Assembly: GCF_006345805.1 (NCBI RefSeq)
Contig: NC_042999.1
Span: forward strand, 65,410,001 to 65,474,000
Length of the DNA stretch: 64,000 nt
From: Octopus sinensis
Lineage: Eukaryota
Direction: 5' to 3'
Part shown: piece by piece, positions 52,172-64,000 of the stretch
How positions within the stretch are numbered: the first letter of the stretch is position 1
Layout of the letters: the number at the start of each line of letters is the position of its first letter
The notes under the pieces: model-generated
Told to the model about the DNA's origin: nothing
Database searches by the model: none
Seen by the model: only the letters and a program-made list of their open reading frames with translations
Program-made: the position numbers and the translations under genes

Positions 52172-53274
52172 CACACACACACAAACACGCGCGCACACAC
52201 ACACACACATGTACAAACTGTCTTTTATCGATATAGATATGTGTATGTGTATGTCTATATGCATATGTATATATATATACTTATAATCATTACACCTAGT
52301 AGTTTGAGTTACAAATATTGTTGTCTTTGGAGACATATTTTTGTAGAAAAAGGAAAAAGTAGTCTTTTGGCTGCTATTTCTAAACTTTTTGGTATGTGGT
52401 CAAGTAACGTGTTGCTAAACCCTTATTGTTATACACACACACACATACACACACACGCACACACATATATATTTATATATATATATATATAATTCGTGTG
52501 TACTGAGATCCAACAAGTTATAAGCTACAATGGCTGTTGTCTTAAGTCCAATCTATTGCCCAAATTCTAAAACATTAAGAGTTGTCTCTATACTATTAAA
52601 TTCCCGACGGCTGTTCGTAGAAATTTTTGATACTGTAGTTGATGTCTTTCATTTATTAACTACAGTATGACAAATCTGTAAGTCAACTTGAAAAGTAATC
52701 CGCTTCAAGCCGTAATTGGATGCAACAACATTATACCTCAAAGAGACTTACTAGTCGATCCGCCGCGGTAACCATCAGCTCTGTCGCATTTCATTAATAG
52801 TATTAATTAATAATTTCATAATGTTATTTTCTACAGGCACAACATCACATATAATGAAAGCTAATGTTAAAGAGATTATAATATTAACAAGACAAGTTTC
52901 TAACAAATAAAACATCGTTCCGTTTTCTGAAATAATAAAAGAAAAAAATAGCCAATGAAGAATATCTTGAAGGAAGCCATTGTACTTATTCAACTTATTG
53001 CTGCAGATAATTACAGAAGAAAGAAATATTCCCTGGTGAATGAACACTTCGACTCCATTTACTGTTTGGGCTATATTTCAAATATATCTATGAACTTTAT
53101 TATAAATTTATTACAGCCAAAATTCGTACATTTTATTAAATTTCTCTTATACGAAAGAGGTAAATTTAAAACCTCTTCTTATAATTTAACGTATTAGTAG
53201 CCACCTCAGTGAATATACCACCACTCTATATGAAATAGGAATTGCATTATATACACTTGAAATGATCATATATG

Positions 53275-53312
<38 letters not shown>

Positions 53313-53446
53313 CATATATACATATATATATGTATATATATATTATATATATATATATATCTATACATATATATATATGCTTATATATATATATATTATA
53401 TATATATATATATATACACAAACATATACATATATACACGTTTACA

Positions 53447-53506
<60 letters not shown>

Positions 53507-53703
53507 ACGTCTGTGTGTATACTTACATGCATATTTTGAGAGAGTCATACAGCAAATAAACTGATACACTTCCGCTCAATTTCTTCTATATCAAAAAAGG
53601 CAATTTAAAAAATTTTCTTTATAATTTAACATCCGGAAATATCTGACGAAATATCTCCACTGTAGATGAAACAAGAATCAAATTGTATTTAGTTCCGGTC
53701 ACT

Positions 53704-53769
<66 letters not shown>

Positions 53770-54050
53770 GCAAACACACACACACGCACACACACACACA
53801 TACACGCACACACAGACACACTCACACACACACACACGCACAAACACACACACACACCTAGACACACATCTATATAGGTCACTTCAACAATTCCACTACA
53901 CACGTGGTTGGGGATTTCCTCCCCGCCGTCTCCGGGCTCCTCCATTTTTTCCTTTCCGAAGAAGAGCTATGCTCGAAGCAACTAAGACTCTTTTGCACGT
54001 CCACTTGTCAGTTGTTATTTTTATTTTCAATGCTCGTTTATTTAATGTGA

Positions 54051-54118
<68 letters not shown>

Positions 54119-55873
54119 GCAATATGAAGAAGATACCATCAAAGAAAATGGAGAATTATACCTCTTTAAAATATGTTTTATGCATTATTATTTTCCTTTT
54201 AATCACCATCTGACACATGTTTCTACTGAATAAGTTCCCTAAAGATCTAAGATGAATTCATTTCCAAATTGAACCTCTAATCTCACTACTTCCTTAACTA
54301 CATATATACACAATCTCATGTCCCGAAATGTTTCTCGTACCTTATCCTAGTGACTACCATACTAGTCACCGTACTTATTAAATATGTTGAGAGGAGTCGC
54401 TAGCTGTCCTTCACTACCACAAACCCTCATTATTCAATAGGTGCTCTGGTTTAATCTTTGCATGTAAAAACAAATTTTGATGAACTTTTGCCCATTCCAC
54501 AAAATCACGATAATTCCTCCTTATTAGGATTAGCCGTGACTTTCTACTTAACGCTATGCCGGGAGTATAATCTTTCTCTTTCTCTTTCAGTCTGTCTGTA
54601 CTTCTGTCTCTGTCTATATATATCTCCCTCTCTCTTTCTTGTTCGTCCTCCATACTTCTGCATAGCTTCCTCCACCACTAGCCTACCGTTATTTCTTGAA
54701 TTCTCTTCTTGCCTGTATAACAAGTTCCCATCTCTTACTCATTCCAAATCTACTCTTCTCAACCTTTCACACCATCTCTGCAGCCCTCCACCTCCACTAT
54801 CGCAGCACACATTCTATTATTTCATTCGTTGGTCTGTTCCTGATTTATAGTCTGTTTGACGACATACCTGTCCTCTAGTGGCTCTCCTTTCTCCACAGAA
54901 ACATTTATCTTACCTCTACTCTGCTCGCTCCTTCCTCCATGTTTCTTCTTCAATTTCCGTTCACTGCCTCCATTACTGAACTCAACATTTTCTCTCGCTG
55001 CCTTTTATTTCTACTCCACCTCCCTGAACCGATAACAGCTTTCCTTTTTGTCGTTTTCCCTCCAACACTCAAATCACTCACACACTCCGTGAACTGCTAT
55101 TATCAGTATTTTCCCCTGACGAACGGAGTCGTGGGGTATTCTTTCGATTTGACTCGAAAAAGCAAAATATTGCAATCGGATGTTTTCGTGAAAAGCACGT
55201 TGTCTTGTCAACTGTCATTTGACGCAATGGTAGGAGGAGAAAAAAGCTAATGGTTTGCCCGTGCGTGCGTACTTGTTCCTGTGTGTTTGTGTGTATGTGT
55301 GTGTGCGTGTGTGTGTGCGTGTGTGTGTGCTTGCATCTCTGTCATCTCATACTTTACACACCACACCCTAATATATATAAAAAGAACACAACTTTATTCT
55401 TTACAGATAGAAAACAGAATGAAGAACACAGAGCTACACCCCCAGAAAAGTTTTTATATATGACACCTCCGGAAAAATGATTACATATAACAGCGCTACA
55501 CACACCCGGCACCCCATCCCCGCAGAGTAACGACATTATTTATACAAAAATTTTCCCCACTCGAATGTTGACATTTGCCGGCTCCACAGCATACCTCACC
55601 AAGGGACATAACTCCTATCAAAATCCCCTGGACCTTCACTCATTTCACCACTATTTTACAGCAGACGCCGACCGGTCGTGTTAATACACCTCCAGCTTTG
55701 AAGAGCAGTCACCATATTCCCTTTCATGTAGGCTACCTCTGATGAGCTTATTTATATAATTAGTTTGTTGCGTAACACACCATTGTATTTATTGTGCGAA
55801 ACCTATTGGTAAGACCAGCCGTGATCGATACTTAATACTAGAAAATTCGGAATATATGTATATATATAAATAT

Positions 55874-55980
<107 letters not shown>

Positions 55981-56150
55981 GGGGAGAGGAAGAGAAGTAG
56001 CAAAAACTGGTGGAGAGCTGAAAAGAAAATTCTGGACAGATTCAGAACCTGATTAGACGTATAAGTTTAAGAGTATAACGAAATACATGACAAATATAAT
56101 TTGGAGGGGAAATTCGGTATTTCTTTGTAGGAACAGATGGACGGCAAGAA

Positions 56151-56222
<72 letters not shown>

Positions 56223-56990
56223 CCGATCGATCTATCTATGTATCTATCTACCTACATAAATATCATTTTATCTGCATAATTTTGCGTACCTTTTTATATG
56301 AACACACAGATTAATATATCTAGAAAACTAGAGAGATAGAAAATGCAACTTGCTCCATATATGTGCATATCTATTTCCCTTAAAGATTAAAGCACATCAA
56401 CGCTCTGGAAGGAGATGAAAAACTTCATGCTATGATAGCACTATCTCAATGAGGAAGAATTTTAGAGAAAATACAACTTCAAAAGAAGTTGTGTAGTTAA
56501 TGATTTACTATAAATTTCCAACTCTCATACATCTACAACATTTCCGCGTTTACTTTTCGTATATAAAAATTATTAAAACTGTATTCAAGTCTGAGGCTTT
56601 GATTCATGTGTTCTTTGAGTTACAAATTTATATTTACTGAAAGTTATTGTAATTTTAATGCCCTTGTTTGAGTTTCAGGTACATAATTATTTTGAAATCT
56701 TTCAGGAATGTTGCGAGTAAGCTTATGTTAACCAGCGACTGGATAGTTAACCAGAATTCTTGCAAAATATTGGGCACTGAAATGTGCGGTAAAGCCAATC
56801 GATTGTGTAAAAAGATAACCTTTGAATTACTTGATTTTCAATCGTTATCGACTGTCATGCCTATCTGTACATAGTACGAGGCTAAATTCGCGATTTGGCA
56901 ATGTACAATGTGAGACGTCCACAAATATGAATGTATCAAGGGATTGCCTTTCATATACATTTATGTATACACACATGTATATGTATGTAT

Positions 56991-57030
<40 letters not shown>

Positions 57031-57049
57031 TATATATATATATATATAT

Positions 57050-57365
57050 ATAATAGAAATATGTTACAAAAAAAAAATAGAAGCTACATGTGGAAAAGTA
57101 AGTGGAAAGTAAGAAGAAAAATAAGGGAAAATGCACACTGGAAATCAAAAGAGTAAAGGCTTTTATGAAAGGTAACGATAGTATATACAATTAGATGAAC
57201 TGAGGTAGAAATATAAGTAATAGAAGTCATAACTGTGAATTGTTAAAGAGCTTTAAAAGCATACCGGTTTCGTAAAATGAATAATCATTGCTTTGAATGC
57301 ACACCGATTACTGAACGGTGTTAGGTGTACTAGCACCTGAGTAAAACGATTATGAGTAAGGGAGG
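57050..57365 (-). mobile_element. PLE 3'UTR fragment (duplicated at ~59460-59775)
   Basis: TAGAAATATGTTACAAAAA..AAATGCACA.TG..AGGTAACGA..GGTTTCG is shared with 26584-26940. Confidence 0.7.
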
Positions 57366-57378
57366 TATATATATATAC

Positions 57379-57456
<78 letters not shown>

Positions 57457-57866
57457 GTATATGTATGTATAGCGATACTATCGTAAAATGAGGGTCGATG
57501 CATAAAACAGCATTAATGTATAAAATATTAACTTGTTTGTGGAATAATAACACAACCGATTCTTTCAAGGAGTAGACATCTCCAGAATTACTCACGCGAA
57601 TCACTTTGGAACGCTGGCGCTTGCCCCCACTTTCAATGAGATTACACGAATTATGCGAAGTTAAAGGGATTTCAAAATAACTATACAAATCAGTGTAGAT
57701 CACTTATAAGAATATCGTCAGTCTTACTTCCCTTGTATTGGAATTTGAAAGAATGCATGTGCACCATATATGTTTTAATTATTTATCTTACACCATCACG
57801 CTCAGGCTTATATACACACGCCACCCACACACGCAGACATATAGATATATATGTATATATATATAT

Positions 57867-57946
<80 letters not shown>

Positions 57947-57993
57947 TGAATGAGAGAGAGAGAGAATGAGAGAGAGAGTAAGAGAGAGAGAGG

Positions 57994-58060
57994 GCGCAAT
58001 GGCCCAGTGGTTAGTGCAGCGGACTCGCAGCGGTCGTAGGATCGCGGTTTCGATTCCCAA
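57994..58060 (+). mobile_element. Family C SINE tRNA head only, followed by (AAT)n (duplicated at ~60396-60460)
   Basis: GGCGCAATGGCCCAGTGGTTAGTGCAGCGGACTCGC..GGTTTCGATTCCC. Confidence 0.7.
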
Positions 58061-58078
58061 ATATTAATAATAATAATG

Positions 58079-58149
<71 letters not shown>

Positions 58150-58462
58150 CCATAAGCTCAAAGCTGATAAACAATCATTGAGTATTGACTAAAATAAATA
58201 GTCTAATATTGGAGCATATAAGCCATCGTCGGGGAAAAAAAAGGTAGGATTTGCTTTTTGCATGGTTTTCGGTTCCATACCTAGGACAAACACTATTTTT
58301 TTCCTGTTCAGGGTTTATACGCCCCAATATTAGGCTATTACCTTAGTCAATGCACGGTGATTGCTTATGATCTTCAAGCTTTAAAAATATCATTATTATT
58401 TAAACACACACACACATAAATATATATATATATATTTATAAAATATAAAATTTGTTTGTATT

Positions 58463-58502
<40 letters not shown>

Positions 58503-58523
58503 ATATCTATCTATGTATCTATG

Positions 58524-58633
<110 letters not shown>

Positions 58634-59403
58634 CCGATCGATCTATCTATGTATCTATCTACCTACATAAATATCATTTTATCTGCATAATTTTGCGTAC
58701 CTTTTTATATGAACACACAGATTAATATATCTAGAAAACTAGAGAGATAGAAAATGCAACTTGCTCCATATATGTGCATATCTATTTCCCTTAAAGATTA
58801 AAGCACATCAACGCTCTGGAAGGAGATGAAAAACTTCATGCTATGATAGCACTATCTCAATGAGGAAGAATTTTAGAGAAAATACAACTTCAAAAGAAGT
58901 TGTGTAGTTAATGATTTACTATAAATTTCCAACTCTCATACATCTACAACATTTCCGCGTTTACTTTTCGTATATAAAAATTATTAAAACTGTATTCAAG
59001 TCTGAGGCTTTGATTCATGTGTTCTTTGAGTTACAAATTTATATTTACTGAAAGTTATTGTAAATTTTAATGCCCTTGTTTGAGTTTCAGGTACATAATT
59101 ATTTTGAAATCTTTCAGGAATGTTGCGAGTAAGCTTATGTTAACCAGCGACTGGATAGTTAACCAGAATTCTTGCAAAATATTGGGCACTGAAATGTGCG
59201 GTAAAGCCAATCGATTGTGTAAAAAGATAACCTTCTGAATTACTTGATTTTCAATCGTTATCGACTGTCATGCCTATCTGTACATAGTACGAGGCTAAAT
59301 TCGCGATTTGGCAATGTACAATGTGAGACGTCCACAAATATGAATGTATCAAGGGATTGCCTTTCATATACATTTATGTATACACACATGTATATGTATG
59401 TAT

Positions 59404-59460
<57 letters not shown>

Positions 59461-60254
59461 ATAGAAATATGTTACAAAAAAAAAATAGAAGCTACATGTG
59501 GAAAAGTAAGTGGAAAGTAAGAAGAAAAATAAGGGAAAATGCACACTGGAAATCAAAAGAGTAAAGGCTTTTATGAAAGGTAACGATAGATATATACAAT
59601 TAGATGAACTGAGGTAGAAATATAAGTAATAGAAGTCATAACTGTGAATTGTTAAAGAGCTTTAAAAGCATACCGGTTTCGTAAAATGAATAATCATTGC
59701 TTTGAATGCACACCGATTACTGAACGGTGTTAGGTGTACTAGCACCTGAGTAAAACGATTATGAGTAAGGGAGGTATATATATATACATATATATATATA
59801 TATGCATATATATGTATGCATATATACCTATGCATATATATGTATATATGTATGTATATATATGTATATGTATGTATAGCGATACTATCGTAAAATGAGG
59901 GTCGATGCATAAAACAGCATTAATGTATAAAATATTAACTTGTTTGTGGAATAATAACACAACCGATTCTTTCAAGGAGTAGACATCTCCAGAATTACTC
60001 ACGCGAATCACTTTGGAACGCTGGCGCTTGCCCCCACTTTCAATGAGATTACACGAATTATGCGAAGTTAAAGGGATTTCAAAATAACTATACAAATCAG
60101 TGTAGATCACTTATAAGAATATCGTCAGTCTTACTTCCCTTGTATTGGAATTTGAAAGAATGCATGTGCACCATATATGTTTTAATTATTTATCTTACAC
60201 CATCACGCTCAGGCTTATATACACACGCCACCCACACACGCAGACATATAGATA

Positions 60255-60335
<81 letters not shown>

Positions 60336-60873
60336 GAGAGAGAGAGAGTGAATGAGAGAGAGAGAGAATGAGAGAGAGAGTAAGAGAGAGAGAGGGCGCA
60401 ATGGCCCAGTGGTTAGTGCAGCGGACTCGCAGCGGTCGTAGGATCGCGGTTTCGATTCCCAATATTAATAATAATAATGATAATAATAATAATAATAATA
60501 ATAATATAATAATAATAATAATAATAATATAATAATAATAATAATAATAATCCATAAGCTCAAAGCTGATAAACAATCATTGAGTATTGACTAAAATAAA
60601 TAGTCTAATATTGGAGCATATAAGCCATCGTCGGGGAAAAAAAAGGTAGGATTTGCTTTTTGCATGGTTTTCGGTTCCATACCTAGGACAAACACTATTT
60701 TTTTCCTGTTCAGGGTTTATACGCCCCAATATTAGGCTATTACCTTAGTCAATGCACGGTGATTGCTTATGATCTTCAAGCTTTAAAAATATCATTATTA
60801 TTTAAACACACACACACATAAATATATATATATATATTTATAAAATATAAAATTTGTTTGTATTCAATATATA

Positions 60874-60905
<32 letters not shown>

Positions 60906-60928
60906 CAATATCTATCTATGTATCTATG

Positions 60929-60994
<66 letters not shown>

Positions 60995-61318
60995 CACGGT
61001 AAATACCTCGATGGGAACTCATCACATGTAAAAGAAATACAGAAATAAATACTTTTGTTTGATTGAGTTAGGTGATGTTAACTGTCTGAACTCTCATAAA
61101 AGTAAATTTTGAGTAGCAGGTATAAAGTATTAGTTGTTAGTGTTATCCATGTATTCAATACGAATCTGTGAAGGAAATATATTAGGAAAAGGGAAAACAA
61201 TAAATATTGTAGTCTTCAATCTCTCCCCAAGTCAGATTTGATCCTATACACTTGATAAATATGTTCAAATATTGGTAACAGTACGTGAAATGATATTCAC
61301 ATTTTTTTCTTGTATGCG

Positions 61319-61358
<40 letters not shown>

Positions 61359-61841
61359 CGTGTGTGTGTGTGTGTGTGTGTTGTGTGTGTGTGTGCGCGC
61401 GTGTGTGTGTGTGAGCATATGTAGTTAAATAGACATACACATACGTATTTATATCGAAATATGTTTGTGTAAATAAATTCAAGATATACATGTAGAAGAA
61501 ATGTGTAATGTCGTTTTTCATTTCTTTGGACACGTAAGTAGGCTTTTCTGAGAGTTGAAATCTTGCCTTAAGGTATTTATCTATTCTGTTATGTCTACAG
61601 TTTGTCGTATTCTCATACATCGAACCATTATAATCCATTATCCTTCTGTCGTTTCGAAGGAGACGCCTGAGGTATTTTTTGTTTAAATATTTATGTATTA
61701 CACATTCTTTTATTTTTCTGTATAATTTTCTTTGATTGTCTTCTATCAATAGTCCAACCAGTAAAGTTTCATTTAATTAAACGTAACTAGATTTTAGAGT
61801 GAACCGTATTATGGTATACTTCGGTTAATAACACTTTATAT

Positions 61842-61883
<42 letters not shown>

Positions 61884-61914
61884 TAATAATAATAATATAA
61901 TAATAATAATAAAG

Positions 61915-62470
61915 ATGCCCTGATACAGTACCAGGTTTTAGCTCTTGTGACCTCTGATCTTAAGTGATTGGAAGTGTTATCATGTATATTGTTTTGTCTT
62001 GGTATAAAAGATGGGCTAAAGCGAATATCCTGCTTAATACCACAGATTTTCTGGTCAGTTGTTTGACCTTAACCAGTTGAGCATGTCCCTTAGTGGCTGA
62101 CGATATGTGCATCTCTGATCACGAGCGGAAGTAGTGGGGGAGCATCATAGCCATGTGTTGAGAGGGATTCTTTGGGGTTTGAATAATTCACCTCTGGAAA
62201 CATGGGTGTTTCGTTCAACATCCTTAATCAACCCTCATTCAGGGATCTTTCGAGTTGGATGGGCTACTCGACCAGAAGAAAATTCTAACTGGGCCCCACC
62301 TGCAAGGTCATGTGCTGTTTATCTTGATATGAGATCACTATGTCGCACACATATGGTTGCGATGCATGTGGCTAGTGTACCATTATAATACGGGTAGTCA
62401 TGATGGGTATACTGGCTTTCGTATATTTTACCCCTGTGTCACTTTGATGGCATGCACTGCACTCTCACCC

Positions 62471-62504
<34 letters not shown>

Positions 62505-63498
62505 TGCAGTAGCAGGCAGTGGCTCTCATGGCTTCTGATCTTAACTGATTGGAAGTGTTATCATGTACATTGTTTTGTCTTGGTATAAAAGATGGGCTAC
62601 AGCAAATATTCTGCTCAATACCACAGATTTGTATGCCCTGATGCAGTACCAGGCAGTGGCTCTCATGGCTTCTGATCTTAACTGATTGGAAGTGTTATCA
62701 TGTACATTGTTTTGTCTTGGTATAAAAGATGGGCTACAGCAAATATTCTGCTCAATACCACAGATTTGCTTGTCAGTTGTTTGACCTTAACCAGTTGAGC
62801 ATGTCCCTTAGTGGCTGACGATATGTGCATCTCTGATCACGAGCAGAAGTAGTGGGGGAGCATCATAGCCATGTGTTGAGAAGGATTCTTTGGGGTTTGA
62901 ATAATTCACCTCTGGAAACATGAGTGTTTCGTTCAACATCCTTAAACAAGCCTTATTCAGGGACCTTTTGAGCGGGATGGGTTACTCGATCTGAAGAAAA
63001 TTCTAACTGGGCTCCACCTGCAAGGTCATGTGCTGTTTATCTTGATATGAGATCACCATGTCGCGCACATATGGTTGTGATGCATGTGCCTGGTGTGCCC
63101 TTATCAGACGGGTAGTCATGATGGGTATACTGGGCTTCGTATATTTTACCCCAGTGTCACTTCAATGGCATGCTCTGCTCGCTCACTCAATAATAATAAT
63201 AATGCCCTAAAGCAGTACCAGACAGTGACTCTCATGGCTTCTGGTCTTAACTGATTGGAAGTGTTATCATGTACATTATTTTGTCATAGTATAAAAGATG
63301 GGCTACAGCAAATATTCTGCTCAATACCACAGATTTGCTTGTCAGTTGTTTGACCTTAAGCAGTTGACCATGTCTCTTAGTGGCTCTCGATATGTGCATC
63401 TCTGATCACAAGCAGAAATAGTGGGGGAGCATCATGGCCGTGTGTTGAAAGGAATTCTTAGAGGTTTGGATAATTCACATACATGAGTGGTTCGTTCA
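61915..63498. repeat. Head-to-tail array of a ~555-bp non-coding repeat bounded by (AAT)n
   Basis: Full units at 61915-62470 and 62633-63188; partial units at 62504-62632 and 63202-63498. (AAT)n lies before 61915, at 62471-62503 and at 63189-63203. Confidence 0.88.
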
Positions 63499-64000
63499 AT
63501 AATAAAGTTAGGATATATCCGCATCATTTAAATGAAACAAAAAAATTAACTAAAATCAGTTTAAAGAAAAAAATCTTAATTACAGCTAAAATATAAATTT
63601 CATTACTATCCACAAAAATGTTTGTGTATTTCTTTTATTTTTTTGACATACTGTGGTGAATGGAATTCAAGCTAAATACTAATAAAAAATTTTAATTTAA
63701 TCTCTATGTATCCCGCTGTAAACTTTAAATTGTTAACTTTAATATTTTAAATATTTTAACAATCAAAATATACCCCAAGTATCTTGGCGAATTCGGAAGA
63801 CAAATATAAAATCTCACGATATATTTTGCAATATTCACCTCTTGGAATAAATTCGGACTCTGAAAGATAAGTTTTCAAAGTTAGAAATACATTTGCAACT
63901 ATTGAATTTTCCATTAGTTTCAAACTGTTCTTAATTAGACATTCACACTATTCTATTTGGTTCTATTGTTATTAATTCACAACTAGACACGACAAGGCTA

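Noticed and set aside
54414-54653. Possible Tc1-like transposase remnant
   Set aside because: Only a faint resemblance over ~25 residues and no TIR found.
61297-61749. 150-aa minus-strand ORF
   Set aside because: AT-rich, partly microsatellite, with no motif I can assign.

Overview
Eukaryotic, AT-rich, microsatellite-saturated DNA with no confidently identifiable host exon (intronic or intergenic). The SINE families and (TA)n density point to an octopus genome; this is inference from recalled repeat sequences, not a database search. The window is a retroelement mosaic. It holds a mariner relic; a full-length ~5.2 kb CR1/L2-type LINE; a second CR1/L2 3' fragment with an open RT frame; two HERO-like (RLE) fragments; RTE and Tx1/L1-like relics; several Penelope-like (PLE) fragments; tRNA-derived SINEs; a hAT MITE; a Helentron-type non-autonomous element; a 2.4 kb tandem duplication; and an (AAT)n-bounded repeat array. 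Three things stand out. (1) The full-length LINE has an ORF1 with a predicted Myb/SANT-like (trihelix) DNA-binding domain plus a CCCH finger and a CRISPR-looking modular 5' array of ~16 conserved cores. Its ORF2 has only five 1-nt frameshifts, each repaired by one extra base in a 2-nt run, and no nonsense codon, so it may be intact in vivo. (2) A recurrent class of (TA)n-anchored fold-back insertions has 0-16 nt loops in most cases, suggesting snap-back cDNA priming, probably by PLE machinery. (3) Minimal type I hammerhead ribozyme motifs occur in short PLE tails and in a tRNA-headed SINE (retrozyme-like).
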